Source: Eledone cirrhosa
Taxonomy: Eukaryota
Direction of reading: 5' to 3'
NCBI GenBank assembly: GCA_964016885.1
Contig: OZ024752.1
Span: 20,708,001-20,772,000, forward strand
DNA: 64,000 nucleotides
The translations under genes were made by a program, and so were the position numbers. The notes under the pieces are model-generated. The model saw nothing but the letters and a program-made list of their open reading frames with translations, was not told the origin of the DNA and did no database searches. Positions 39,690 through 52,655 of this stretch are shown one piece after another; position 1 is the stretch's first letter, and every line of letters begins with the position of its first letter.

Positions 39690-40410
39690 AAGTATCAACC
39701 AGGTGCAAATACTGGTTTAATTTTAAATACGTTGTTTTCGGCATAATACTTGATATATAAGGATCCAGTAATTCCAGTCTTGGAAATTGTTTTATACCGA
39801 ACATAATATTTATGGTAAAAAATGCTTGCATTTCCGCAGCATCTGTCAGTTGCCAAACAGATCGGGTTTTCCTCGATTTGAAATCTGTTGTTGGGCATAT
39901 CGATTAATCTTTTCTGCCACAACTTCGAAGAAAATTTGTGGTAAAAACAAAAAGAAATAATCCAGTGCTTTAGCATCGGGAGCTAATGTGTATTATGGAC
40001 CAGTATTTTGAATAAAATCGGGAACATATATTAGTGTGGTATTTTTCAATGGCGTCCTGGTTCACTTTCAAAACAAACATCGTCGGACGAAATTTCAGAA
40101 ATATAAACATCAGATTCATTTGAATTCACTAATATTATCATTTGCTTCTTGTTTATTCTGAATGTCGTCGTGTGTAAAACCTTCAAAGTCGGTATCGCTA
40201 CTTTCATAGTCCATGTTGATACCAAAAAAATTTTTTGTACTTTCAAAGTTAAAAAAAACACTTATTTTAAGTTGTTTCACTATATTTAGTGTTAATTTTT
40301 GCGGTAAGGGCCTAATCTCGCAGTAATCTCAAATTGATGATGATATGTTTCTTTTTAGAACAATTTTTTAATGTGGGTGTTATCGGGCGGTTTGAACACT
40401 AAAGGGTTAA
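39690..40410 (-). mobile_element. piggyBac transposon 5' fragment with degraded transposase
   Basis: TTAA-CCC terminus at 40410, an acidic N-terminal region, and MQAFFTINIMFGIKQFP...MPKTTYLKLNQYLHLVD resembling a PGBD transposase. Confidence 0.75.
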
Positions 40411-40559
40411 ACTGTCAGCTTCTTATAAATTTAATGAGGTGTTCTTTGCTCAATTGTTCCAATATTCTACTATGGCCAATACATTTGTGTCTAAATTAAC
40501 AAAACATAGTTAGGTAGGGGTTGTATTAGGTTATAATATACTGCAATGTATGTGTCAGT

Positions 40560-40623
40560 TAAATATGATGACTTTAAGCACTGGGCTATGATTGAATGAT
40601 TCTGATGTGCTTCACTGATTTCT
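40560..40623 (+). ncRNA. SNORD88: Box C/D snoRNA copy 10 (variant B)
   Basis: Box C 40565-40571, box D 40615-40618; lies in a partial copy of the 1.8-kb unit. Confidence 0.85.
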
Positions 40624-41089
40624 TGCATACATTGTATATACTTCCTGCACTGGTGGTTTCATGTTAGCTGCCTGTTTTACTATGTTATTATTTCCTTCTC
40701 CACATGTCACCTGTTTCAGTTAATTTTGAAAATAATACTTTTACCATGTGGTTTTAATTTTAGTATGAATACTAAGCTTTTTTTATTCTAAACCACTCTT
40801 GCTTCTATGATCCAAAGTTGTATATTTTTTTAAATGTTCATAATTTATCCTAAAACCTTCCATTATAGTTTTATGTAAGAAACTTTGTTCCAAACACTAG
40901 CTTAATAATGAAGTTATGTTGCTAAATTCCTCAAAATGTTTTTGTGTTGAAATTTACAATTTTTCCCTTCTACAGTTCTTTCCTGTTACTTGATAGAATC
41001 TTCAGTTGGCAACTGTATATCTCCTTAGATCCTCTCTATATTTATGTATAATTACTATAAAACAAATGTTTTTTTGTTTTTTTATATAG

Positions 41090-41168
41090 AATTGTGCGAG
41101 CTTTCCTCATTGAAGAGCAGAAGATTGTGGTCCGTGTGCTGAAGGCACAAGAAGGCATGAAAAAATAA
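41090..41168 (+). CDS. RPL34: RPL34 last exon, (R)IVRAFLIEEQKIVVRVLKAQEGMKK*
   Basis: tAG acceptor, RAFLIEEQKIV signature, TAA at 41166-41168. Total CDS is 342 nt (113 aa). Confidence 0.97.
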
Positions 41169-41184
41169 ATCTTCATGACTTGTT

Positions 41185-41190
41185 AATAAA
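41185..41190 (+). terminator. RPL34 polyadenylation signal AATAAA
   Basis: 16 nt after the stop codon, followed by GT-rich sequence. Confidence 0.7.
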
Positions 41191-41689
41191 TTTTACTCTG
41201 TAAATCATTTGTTGTGTTAAAATTTATGTATAGTTTTTGTTGTAATAATGATTCAAAAAGTGCTGTCATCATTATTTCATCGTTGTTAGTATGAATTTTG
41301 TGTTAAGTACAATTTGAAGATGTGATGGAAATATTGGCTTGAAGTGTAAAGGAGGGTTTATCGCAGGAGTTGCTGTATTCTGATGAGTAAGTGGTAAAGC
41401 ATTTTGTGAGATCGAAATATAAACATTTCAAAATAAATGGTTTTGTTAAAACCAGGGGTAGTTAGGTATACAAGTTGTTATGGTAGCAACAATTTTATTT
41501 TGTAGAATGACTGACCAATAAGAATTTTACACAAATTTTGATAATGAAATTTATCCATGCCAGAATAAATATATTACAACTGACAATTTAACCAAGGTTT
41601 ATTAATTCAAATGTTTGTATCATATCTTGACTAGTTAACCCTTTAGCATTTACACAAAAGGTTTCTCTCTAAAAATGAAAGACATTGTA

Positions 41690-42390
41690 TGATGCCTGTA
41701 TATGAACAGCAATGCTACATGGGCATTGCGTGCAGAGGACCTGCGCAGACTGGAAAGGAATGAAGCATGGATGTATAATAGTAATATACATGAACGGCAA
41801 AACATAAATGAACTAAGTGAGAAATGAGGGATCAGATGCTGTTTGCTTGAGAGAAGACTATGTTGGTATGATCTCGTGGTGCGCATGAAAGACGACAGCT
41901 GTATAAAAATGTGCAGGGCGATAAAAATTGATGGAAGTTATGGAGTAGGTAGACTCAGAAAAACCTAGGAGGATTTGATAAATTCCGACCTTACACACTT
42001 GGACCTCTCCAAGACAATGTCACTGGACCGAGATCTTTGGCGCCACACAGTAATACCCACCTTGCCTATGTACAAAGCGAAACCTACAGTCAGTAGGCAC
42101 CTCTTAACCAAATATACACACCACCCTTTCTCTGTAAAGTTATGTTGGTACTACAACATCCAGTCCAAACTAATGAGATCGAGATGTGTAGGTGTCACAA
42201 CAAAAAGTACAGTCCACGCTGTAATGTGGCCGTGTCACGGTAAAAAGTTCCCAGTCCACACTGTAAATGTGGTTGGTGTTAGGAAAGGCATCCAGCCGTA
42301 GATAACCTGCCAGATAGTCCTATACAAGCGAGACCAATGGGACAATGCCCATGCTAACGTGGAAGATAAGACGTTAAATGATGATGATTA
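41690..42390 (+). mobile_element. RTE LINE 3' fragment, nested in a piggyBac-type MITE
   Basis: Degraded RT C-terminal region, shared 3' UTR and (GAT)n tail. The MITE end ttaaccctttagcatttac at 41635 resumes near 42390. Confidence 0.75.
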
Positions 42391-43823
42391 CTCTATACTA
42401 TTATATTTTCATGGTAAAGGCTTCGTCTCACATATCAAATCTATGAGATTTTGATATTTATTTTGAGAACAATACCATCACATCAGTATGAGTGGCAAGT
42501 TACGGCCAATTTGAACAGAAAGAGGTGAGAGAATTCTGGCCGGTTTAGCTTAAGAAATCTTTGAAATTGTGCGGTAAACTAAAGTAACGACTTTTAGGTC
42601 ATTGCTGTTTTGAACTTTTCAAGAACGTCTTCCTAATATTGTTTCATTAAGAGTTAATTTACTAACTCAGATTATAAAAGAAAAATATGTAAAATTCTTT
42701 TTATTCTCAGTAATTTTACAAATTATATTGATATCTCCTTTCTGTTAATATATATATACTGTGGATTGTACTGTAAAAGTTAGAAGTGCTGTAATTTAAA
42801 CAAAATAAATACTCTTGATTTCCTCAAATTTGAAAGGATATTGGGGCCACCCTTTTGATATCAACTTGGTCAGAACCAGTTCTGATTCTATGAAACAAAA
42901 TTGCACATTTTAAATTAAAATCTTAGTAATAAAATAATTTTAGTAAATCTCCACATTCTTCATTAATTGAAATATACTGCATTTCACAAGAAATGTCTTG
43001 AAAGGATTAAGATGAAAACAAAAAACACTCATTTAAAATTTAATTTTCACATAAACCTTAGGAAATAAAGAGTAAAGAATTTCTGAAATGTCACAATTAG
43101 AAATTTATATAGTAGGAGTATAGTTGAATTGACATTGTTAAAAGGTGTTGAGTTAAAGATGTTAGTATTTGTTCTGATACTGTGATCAACTTTGCCGGTC
43201 ATCTTTTGGGGTCAATAAAAAAAATTACTAATTTAAGGGTAGTGGATTAAGAGAATTATTGAAGTTGGACGGAATGTTTTGTGGTATCTGTTTGTCTCTG
43301 TGTTGAAATCTTGCCCCCCGTCACCAGGAAATGGGTGATGATTGGCAGATAGTATTCTCATTACCCAGGAAGCAATTAGCTTCATAATGTTATCATAAAT
43401 ATTCTCAAATATGATTTTTAAATGGCTGCATGACAAGACATCCTGCTCCAAATTAGTTTACTTCACTCTTCTTTTGACAGGCAATTTATCCTGAAATATT
43501 AAATAACTCCAATATAACATTCCAACATCTTTGTAATCATTATTTTAAAAATTTAATGTCCCATTTTCATTGCTGTAGCCTTCTAATACAAAACACTATT
43601 TTTCTATATTTTAAATAAATAAAAAAGAATTTCTTTACCCCTGTGGTGTGTGAATTCTGGTTCTTATGTGTGTGCACATTTTATATTATTAATGGAATCT
43701 TTTTAGCCAGAGAAGAGATAAGAAAGTGTACACCAGACATTAGACTCAGTCTGGAAGCAGGATATACTGGTCACTATTATTCTACAATCAGTTGCCCACC
43801 CTACACTATAGTAATCATTTTTA

Positions 43824-43916
43824 TCACTGTTCTTCAGATGGCTGTAAAGTCCTCATGTTTTGTACATCAATAATTTCCATTTTGTTATCACTATTCAACT
43901 TCATAATAGGTTCCAG
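43824..43916 (-). CDS. Saposin-like gene, last coding exon LEPIMKLNSDNKMEIIDVQNMRTLQPSEEQ*
   Basis: ctttcttttttcAG acceptor, phase 0, TGA at 43824-43826. Confidence 0.65.
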   Translation of the reverse strand: MEPIMKLNSDNKMEIIDVQNMRTLQPSEEQ

Positions 43917-45029
43917 CTGAAAAAAGAAAGAAATACAAGACATTTGTAGAGATTTCTAGAAGAAACAATGTCCAAGGCTAGCAACTTAAGTCTTGTACAT
44001 TTTGGCAGCATGAATACTTCTATTAACAATGAGGCTGAAATAGCTTGCAGTGGAAAACAAAATCGCTTAACCTTGAGTGGTCCTTGTTAGCTACTTGTGT
44101 AAACCTGAGAATCATATTTGCTCCAAACTTTGGCCAACAATGAGAACCTAGAAACATAACCAGTCCCTTTGAAATTGCCACAAGAGAGGCACATTGTTTG
44201 ATCCCTTCCACTAATAAGATGTCACTACATACTGTCTCTTCCAGTGCATTACCCCCACAGCCTTAATCTATATAGCTGTCAGGTATAGGTACCTGGTTAA
44301 CTAGTAATATAAAATAGATTTGTATCCAGATCAGAGGAATATTTATATCTGATTTGCTTAACATATCTTGAATTTGACATGTGCTGCTGGGTGTTGAATG
44401 AGAGAGAGCTGCTTCAACAGTGTATTACTCAGAATATGTATTTATACAGAGTATAATTATAAACTTGATGATGATGATCCAACCTATTTATATTTTTACT
44501 TTTAAATATCTATGTATTTAATCTCTGTAAAATTTGTCTCACAACGAATTTTCAGCATCTTGTGTTGAAGAGTTGAACTGTTCAGTTTTATTATATAACA
44601 ATTTATAGGGCAGTTGATTGGCTGCGTCGGATACTATGCTTCGCAGCACGGAGTTACAGCCCTTTACATTTCATCCTTAGGGGTCAATAAAATAAAGCAC
44701 CAGTAATGCACTGGAGTCAGTTTAATTGATTTTCCCCTCCCCAAAAATTGTTGGCCTTGTGCTTAACCCTTTAGTATTTTCATTACTCTACACTTTAAAG
44801 GCTTTATCTCACAATATCAAATCTATGAGATTTTGAGAACAATACTTTAACATCAGTATGAGTGGCTAGTTATGGCCGGGTTAAATCAAATTATTATTTA
44901 ACAGTTCATGTCTTCCTTTTGTGAGATTGAGATAAAATAAGGAATAGTTACTTTTTAACCCTTTTCATACTAACCTGCCTGAAACCACCCCCTGGTTCCA
45001 TGATACTATGGCACTTGTTTTAAATATAT

Positions 45030-45620
45030 ATCATCATCATTGTTTAATGTCCATCTTCCATGCTTGCATGGGTTAGACGGTTTTCCATTTGATGCGGGAA
45101 TGGTCGGTAGACCATGTCTCGCTCGTACGGAAGCGTCTCGGGTAGGTTTTTTTATTACAGCTGGATGCCCTTCCTAACACCAACCACATTTACAGTGTGG
45201 ACTGGGAGCCTTTTCACCGTGTCTCCTACACGGCCACCTTACAGTATGGACTGTTGTGTCATCGACACAGGAGAGGGAGGATGGTGTGGTGGTGGGGTGT
45301 ACATTGAGTTAAGAGGTGCCTACTGACTAGGTTTGTATGTAATGGTAGTCAGGTCTTCTGTACAACTGCATGGCGCCAAAGGTCTCGAGCCAGTGTCATT
45401 GTCTTAGAGAGGTGTAGGTGGGCAAGGTCAGTTTATATCACCTCGTCCCAGGTTTTTCTTCCATCAATTTTCATTGCCCTGCATTTTTTATACAGCTGTC
45501 GTCCTTCACATGTCCATACCAACGCAATCTCCTCTCCAGAACACAACATTTGATACCTCTTATGCTTAGTCTCTCTCTTAGTTCGTTTATGCTTCGCTTT
45601 TCGCGCACATTACTATTACT
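45030..45620 (-). mobile_element. RTE LINE 3' fragment
   Basis: Homologous to the other RTE 3' fragments, with a (GAT)n tail. Confidence 0.75.
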
Positions 45621-45964
45621 ATTATGATGGAAGTTAAGTTATATTCCAATAATGAGAAAGATGGTTCTATTAATAAATCCCTCTTGATTATTTTCAAAAT
45701 GACTTGAAAATCATAAACTGTTTTTCATTAAAAATATGTTAACAGATGGCTTTAAAATGTGAACAAAGTTGTGCCAGGTAGAAATAAAAGGGGTATCACA
45801 GAGTTCTCTATGGTGTTTTGGAAAAAGTGATTTCTTATATATGTTAAGTAATAAAGTTAATGGGTGATGTTAAGACGTAGTTTGTAATGTTTGTTCTGTA
45901 AAACTAACATCTCTAACTCTTATTATTTATGTCAATACAGTTTTAGTAAACAAGAAGGACTTAC

Positions 45965-46101
45965 ATTGACGTGGTCGTTATCATGGTGACACATTTGAAG
46001 TTCCTTGTAACACACATCTTGGATGAGTTTTAAGTAGCTGACAGGTTCAACGTTCTCATAATGTTCAATAAAGGCTTCCTTGAAGACATCACCATGATTG
46101 G
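45965..46101 (-). CDS. Saposin-like gene exon, (A)NHGDVFKEAFIEHYENVEPVSYLKLIQDVCYKELQMCHHDNDHVN
   Basis: tttttgttAG acceptor and GTaagt donor. 137 nt, phase 1-0, carries Cys5 and Cys6. Confidence 0.82.
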
Positions 46102-46267
46102 CTAACAAAAAAAACGGAAGGTAACAGAAATATTGAGAAGTGGGTTTTGCTACTGTAAGAATAATTGGTGAATATATATAAATTGGTGGCTTTATGACTA
46201 TTGTGACAGCTACACAACCTTGTTAGTCTGATTGTCACTATTGTCTAAGTGGTGATGTATATATATC

Positions 46268-48052
46268 TATATACTGTAACACAGCAGTTCCAGGGCTACA
46301 ATATACTGTAACACAGGAGTGTCACAGATACAATATACTGTAACCCCAGTGCCACAGCTACAGTATACTGTAACACAGCTACAATATACTGTAACACAGC
46401 AGTGCCACAGCTACAGTATACTGTAACACAGCTACAATATACTGTAACACAGCAGTGCCACAGCTACAATATACTGTAACACAGCAGTGCCAAAGATACA
46501 ATATACTGTAACACAGCAGTGCCAAAGATGCAATATACTGTAACCCCAGTGCCACAGCTACAGTATACTGTAACCCCAGTGCTACAGCTACAATATACTG
46601 TAACATAGTAGTGCCACAGCTACAATATACTGTAACACAGCAGTGCCACAGCTACAGTATACTGTAACCCCAGTGCTACAGCTACAATATACTGTAACAC
46701 AGCTACAGTATACTGTAACCCCAGTGCTACAGCTACAATATACTGTAACATAGCAGTGCCACAGCTACAATATACTGTAACACAGCAGTGCCACAGCTAC
46801 AGTATACTGTAACCCCAGTGCTACAGCTACAATATACTGTAACATAGCAGTGCCACAGCTACAATATACTGTAACACAGCAGTGCCACAGCTACAGTATA
46901 CTGTAACCCCAGTGCTACAGCTACAATATACTGTAACAGTAATGCCACAGCTACAATATACTGTAACATAGCAGTGCCACAGCTAAAGTATACTGTAACC
47001 CCAGTGCTACAGCTACAATATACTGTAACATAGCAGTGCCACAGCTACAGTATACTGTAACCCCAGTTCCACAGCTACAATATACTGTAACCCCAGTACC
47101 ACAGCTACAATATCCTGTAACCCCAGTGCCACAGCTACAATATACTATAACACAGCAGTGCCACAGCTACAATATACTGTAACACAGCAGTGCCACAGCT
47201 ACAATATACTGTAATTCAGCAGTGCCACAGCTACAGTATACTGTAACCCCAGTTCCACAGCTACAATATACTATAACACAGCAGTGCCACAGCTACAATA
47301 TACTGTAACTCAGCAGTGCCACAGCTACAGTATACTGTAACCCCAGTTCCACAGCTACAATATACTATAACACAGCTACAATATACTGTAACCCCAGTTC
47401 CACAGCAACACTATACTGTAACATAGCAGTGCCACAGCTACAGTATACTGTAACATAGCAGTGCCACAGCTACAGTATACTGTAACCCCAGTACCACAGC
47501 TACAATATACTATAACACAGCAGTGCCACAGCTACAATATACTGTAACACAGAAGTGCCACAGCTACAATATTCTGTAACCCCAGTGCCACAGCTACAAT
47601 ATACTCTAACCACTACCACAGCTACAATATACTGTAACACAACAGTTCCACAGCTACAATATACTGTAACATAGCAGTTCCACAGCTACAGTATACTGTA
47701 ACACAGAAGTGCCACAGCTACAATATACTGTAACCCCAGTGCTACAGTATACTGTAACACAGCAGTGCCACAGCTACAATATACTGTAACCCCAGTACCA
47801 CAGCTACAATATACTGTAACACAGCTACAATATACTGTAACCCCAGTACCACAGCTACAATATACTGTAACACAGCAGTGCCACAGCTACAATATACTGT
47901 AATACAGCAGTGCCACAGCTACAATATTCTGTAACCCCAGTGCCACAGCAACACTATACTGTAACACAGCAACACTATACTGTAACAGAGCAGTGCCACA
48001 GCTACAATATTCTGTAACACCAGTGCCACAGCTACAATATACTGTAACACAT
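46268..48052. repeat. Minisatellite with 21/30/32-bp variant units (cagcagtgccacagctacaatatactgtaaca)
   Basis: Directly visible. Confidence 0.97.
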
Positions 48053-48894
48053 AGTACCTATATACAATAGAATGGACTTTTACTGATTTCAATTAGGAGT
48101 ATTACAGTTGAGACATGAAATTAATGTGTAAGTGACATTCCATGGAGAGTCTCTCTCCAACAGGCCTCTAAACAGATTCAGTCTACCCTCTTGCCAAAGA
48201 TGCTACACTAGTTATCTGACCCACCTTGTCTTAGACTAACAACCCACTGAAGCAAGATGTAACATTACATAAACTATATATATATAATAGTAAAAAAGAA
48301 AAAGAACAGTAGAAAATGCTAAAGGGATTTTCTCTCAGAATAACAGCAAAACATTTATTTACAAAATAGGAATTTCGGTATTTTTCATACTGGTTTCAGC
48401 TTATGAGCTTCGTCATTCGATGGAAGTGTATAATGAAATTAAATTGTATAATAATAAGAATATGTGTGTGTGTGAGGGGGGGGGGGGGGGATAACATGGT
48501 TTACATACATATATATAGAAAAAAGTTCCTATTTATTTGTCATTCTATCTTTCTCTCTTGGTGTTGACCATAGCTGTGTCACGATAACTAGTGGAAGAAT
48601 CAGTTCATTGTGTAGTGGAGGGAGAAGGGGAAGCAGAAGAGGAGGAGGAGAGAGAAGAAGACAAAGAAGGAGTGACAGGGGTTAGGTGTGGTAGTAATAC
48701 CAGCACTATGGCAAGGAAGAAGGGGAAGACAGAGAAGGGGTGAGTGAAGCAGAAGGGACGAGGAGAAGGTGTAATAGTAATAGTATCACTATTAATAATG
48801 GTAAAGGGATTTGTCCGTGGGGTTGACTTAAATGGTTGAGTGTCCTTAGATTTGACTGAGGGAGTAATTGTTTCTAAAAATATTTATCTTAGTA

Positions 48895-51003
48895 CTAGCA
48901 GTAAAGCCCGGCGTTGCTCGGGGCTGCTCAGTAGCTGTGTTAAAGTTACAATGTTAAGTTCCTTTCTTGGCTTAAAAACTGTAGAGTCTACAGTGTAGAC
49001 TTTCATGTGGTACTTTTGATTAATATTCCCTCAACCAACAGTATGCCTTATGAAGTTAAGAAAACATAACCATAACCCGAATGTTAAAACAAAAGAGGAT
49101 GCTGGGGATAAAAACTGCACTGGTAATCTATTAACAAATATAAACACTGCAACACTCGTCTCAGAGAAAAACATCAGCGTAACCAAACTATCAGTTATTT
49201 TGAAACAAAGAAATTGGATGGCCATGAAAAACAAAAAAAAAAATGCAATTTCATCACCTATCACCTCTCTGCACGACTGTCTGTCTGCACAACTTTATCG
49301 CCTTTATCACCTGTCTGCATGCCTCCATCATCTATCAGCCCGACTGTGTATCTGCACAACTTTATCGCCTATATCACCTCTCTGCACGACTGTCTGTCTG
49401 CATGCCTCCATCGTCTACCAGCCCAACTGTCTGTCTGCACAACTTTATCGCCTATATCACCTCTCTGCACGACTGTCTGCACAACTTTATTGCCTATAGC
49501 AGTAAAGCCCAGTAGCTGTGTTAAAGTAGCTGTGTTAAAGTTACAATGTTAAGTTCCTTTTACATTCATCTGTAGAACAAACGTAGTCCATGTGTCAAGT
49601 TTTGTGAAAATCGGTTGCGAACTCCAGAAGTTATGACGTTTTGTTGCATTGCACTGCAGTGCTTCAGTCGACTCCAAGGAAGTGGTTAAAGGGGGTTATC
49701 TGCCGGGAGGCCCTATAATCAATATCTGGAAAAATGAAAGTGCCCATGACCATCCGGAGTACATAAGTAACCTATGTCTTAAGTTTGGTGAAAATACTGT
49801 AGAAATGTATAAGGTTTACACGCGTGCGCGCGTGTTTGTGTATGTATTTGTGTGTGCGTATGTATATGTCCGTCGGTGCATACGTATGTACTGGCCTAAA
49901 TCTTCACTATTTACTTTTACTATTTTAAGGCAAAGTTAAAATCCCGTCGAGGTTAACTTTGCCTTTCATCCTTACGGGGTTGATAAAATAAAGTACCAGT
50001 AATGTACTGGGTTATTGCTGGCCTTGTGCCAAAAGTAGAAACAACTATTTTAATAACCTCTGTCATTTTCGTTTACAATTTTATTTACATCATTCTTAAA
50101 CTCCGAGGCTGGAAATCATTCGGTTATTTTTAATAGAATATTAGTCTAACGACTCCATTTATCATAAACTTGGTCTCGTCTTTGCATGAAATTATTCTTC
50201 TTGGTCCACATAACGATGTATTATTCTCGCTTTTTTTTCCGTTCATTACTACAGAACGTCTTCACGAACCAAAATATCGTCTTCGTGTTTTCCTTCAGTT
50301 GCAACGTTTCTCGAAATATTTAATTCTGCGTTCACAGATTGAATGTTTTAGTTTCAGAAGATCCCGTTAATGTTGAAAGCAGCGATTCTTTGCTTAAACT
50401 TTCTTTCTTTCTTTCTCAACCCCTCTCCCTTTTTTCTCATACCCCCTCTCTCTCTCTCACTCATACTCCCTCTCTCTCTCTCTTCCTCTACAGAATGGAG
50501 AACAATACAGAACGCGCAGATCTCTCTCTCTCTGTCTTTATATATATGTGTTTGTGTGTGTGTGTGTGTGTGAACCAGCGTTCGTCGCCATTCTCTCTCT
50601 CTCTCTATCTGATTAACTTGTACCTCTCTCTGTATAACGACCTATCTCGCTCTCTCTCTCTACATCTCCCTTTCTCTCTTTAGATGTATATGTATATGTG
50701 TGTGTGTGTGATATATATATATAGAGAGAGAGTTGCAACATGTATGTAGTTTCATAGATTTTTTAGGGTAGTAGTGAGAGGAATTAAGCATGTAAGAGAG
50801 AGGGTTACAGCATGTATTTAGTTTTATCGATTTTTTTTCATAGAAGCAGGAAATGTTTGGCAAAGTTTATTACGTGTTGACCATCCTTGGTAAATTTGAA
50901 GCACATTGGAAAAAAAATCATCAAAATCGGTAGAGAAATGTGGAAATGCATAAAAATCATACACACACACAGACAGACATCTTCCATTTTATATATAGAG
51001 AGA
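48895..51003 (-). mobile_element. Non-autonomous Helitron-like element with nested SINE and internal repeats
   Basis: Minus strand A|TC 5' end at 51003, GC hairpin cccgagcaacgccggg (48907-48922), then CTAG|T 3' end at 48895. Confidence 0.7.
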
Positions 51004-51179
51004 TTACTGTCTGTAATGCTGGCATTCTTAATTTGTCTGTTGGTGTTAAAAATTGACCTGCAGTGTGAATGTTTCTAAAGATATCTATCTTCCTTAATAT
51101 TTCTGAAGGAAATACTATCTTTCTTAATTTGTCCATTGGTGTTAATGTTGGATGCTCGTTGCAGTTTCTTCCATGGAGG

Positions 51180-52080
51180 ATGCATTTAAACGGGTTCGTA
51201 TTTAGTGATAAAGTATGATTCTTTGTTAATGCGCTGAATGTACAAAGCGTTGTCTTTAAATTTGTAGAGAGGAAAAATTCTGAAATTGGGTTGTTCATTA
51301 GAGGCACAGATGTCAATGTGTTCACTCAGGGCTATTTTTCTGTATTCCTGTATTTTAATTTGGGATCTATGAACGGTCATACATTGGCGAAGACTGTTTT
51401 TAGTCTGTCCTATGTAGTGCTCTCGACAAGCTGAGCAAGTTAACACATAAATCAGGTTTTCTGATGCTCATGTGAAATTGTATTTCACCATAAAGTGTTG
51501 CCCTTGTTTGAAGTGGAACTCCGATCTCTCTACTAGATTGGTACATATACCAAAGTTGGGTCTTCCGCATTTTTTTTACTGTTGGTTTTGTTGTGAGGGT
51601 CAGCTGAACTTTGGCCTGTGTAAGGATGTTTTTCATTGATTTGGGTTGTCTTTTGCTCTTTATAATGTTGTGTGTTTGAAGGATTTGATTCATTCTTAGG
51701 TCTCTTTTAAGTAAGGGTATGTTCTGGAGGACGGTGTCAAAGGCCTCATTATTAAGGGGGTTGTGTGTGGAAATGCATGGTAGAGCTTTCAGTTTCGATT
51801 CATTCTTTAGTTTGGGGTGTCTAAGATCCTGGATAATGAGTTTTAGGGCATGTTGGAATCCATTGTTAATTAGGGGTGGTGGGTAATTCTTGCTAATGAG
51901 TGTCCTTTAGTTTTTCTAGTCGTATATAACAGGTGTTTCTATCAGATATTATTGTACAGATCTTTTTGGCTAGGTTGTAAGGATGTTTATTTTAGTGAGT
52001 CTCGGGTGGCATGAGTTGAATGGAAGATACTGTTTGGAGTCTGTGGGTTTATAGTATATGTCTGTTTATATTTTGTCGTA
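51180..52080 (-). mobile_element. Degraded Penelope-like element (RT thumb plus GIY-YIG endonuclease)
   Basis: Frameshifted ORFs including CSACREHYIGQTKNSLRQ...H and RINKESYFI, and a YLPFNSCHP-like motif upstream. Confidence 0.85.
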
Positions 52081-52655
52081 ATTTGTAATGTGTTCGCAGA
52101 ATTGGTCGAGAAATTTGTTCTTACCTTTTGATGGGGTGTAGTTGCTACTATTTCTAGCTAGTGAATCGACCTCATTGTACTGGTCGTGTAGTTCCTCGTT
52201 AAGTCTTAATTTTCTACAGAATTCTGCAGTCTTCCTTCATTTTGGAGTAGTTTGGACGTTGGGGGCTGGGGGGGGGGGGGGTAAATTTCAGCCCTTTGGA
52301 GAGTATGTTAATTTGGTCTGTTGTTAGTTCTTTAGTGGCTAAATTTATGACTTTTATTACTTTTGGTCTCTCCTGTATGTCTTGTGTCATCTCGTTTCCC
52401 TGTCTCTGTCTACTGGGTCTAAAAAATGGTTAAGATAGTTGCGTCGGTTGCTGATGCTGGGTTGTCTCCTGTGGTTGTGTTGTTCCCTGGTGTTGTTATT
52501 GAAGGTTTGGGTTCGTGGTTCTGGGTTGATTAGAGGACTTTGTCTTCTTCTTCTTCTACTCCCTCACACACTTCTTCTCCTTCTTCTTAGCACCCCCCCC
52601 CCCCCAATATTACCACTACAGTCGAAGCCAACATCTTAAACTGTTACCACCACTG

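Larger units (their letters stand above)
33733..39690. repeat. Tandem duplication, ~1.81-kb unit x ~3.3, each unit carrying two snoRNAs
   Basis: Box C spacings of 1813, 1812 and 1805 bp; near-identical repeated ORFs in the track. Confidence 0.95.

Noticed and set aside
46379-46606. ORF within the 32-bp minisatellite
   Set aside because: Translation of a tandem repeat.
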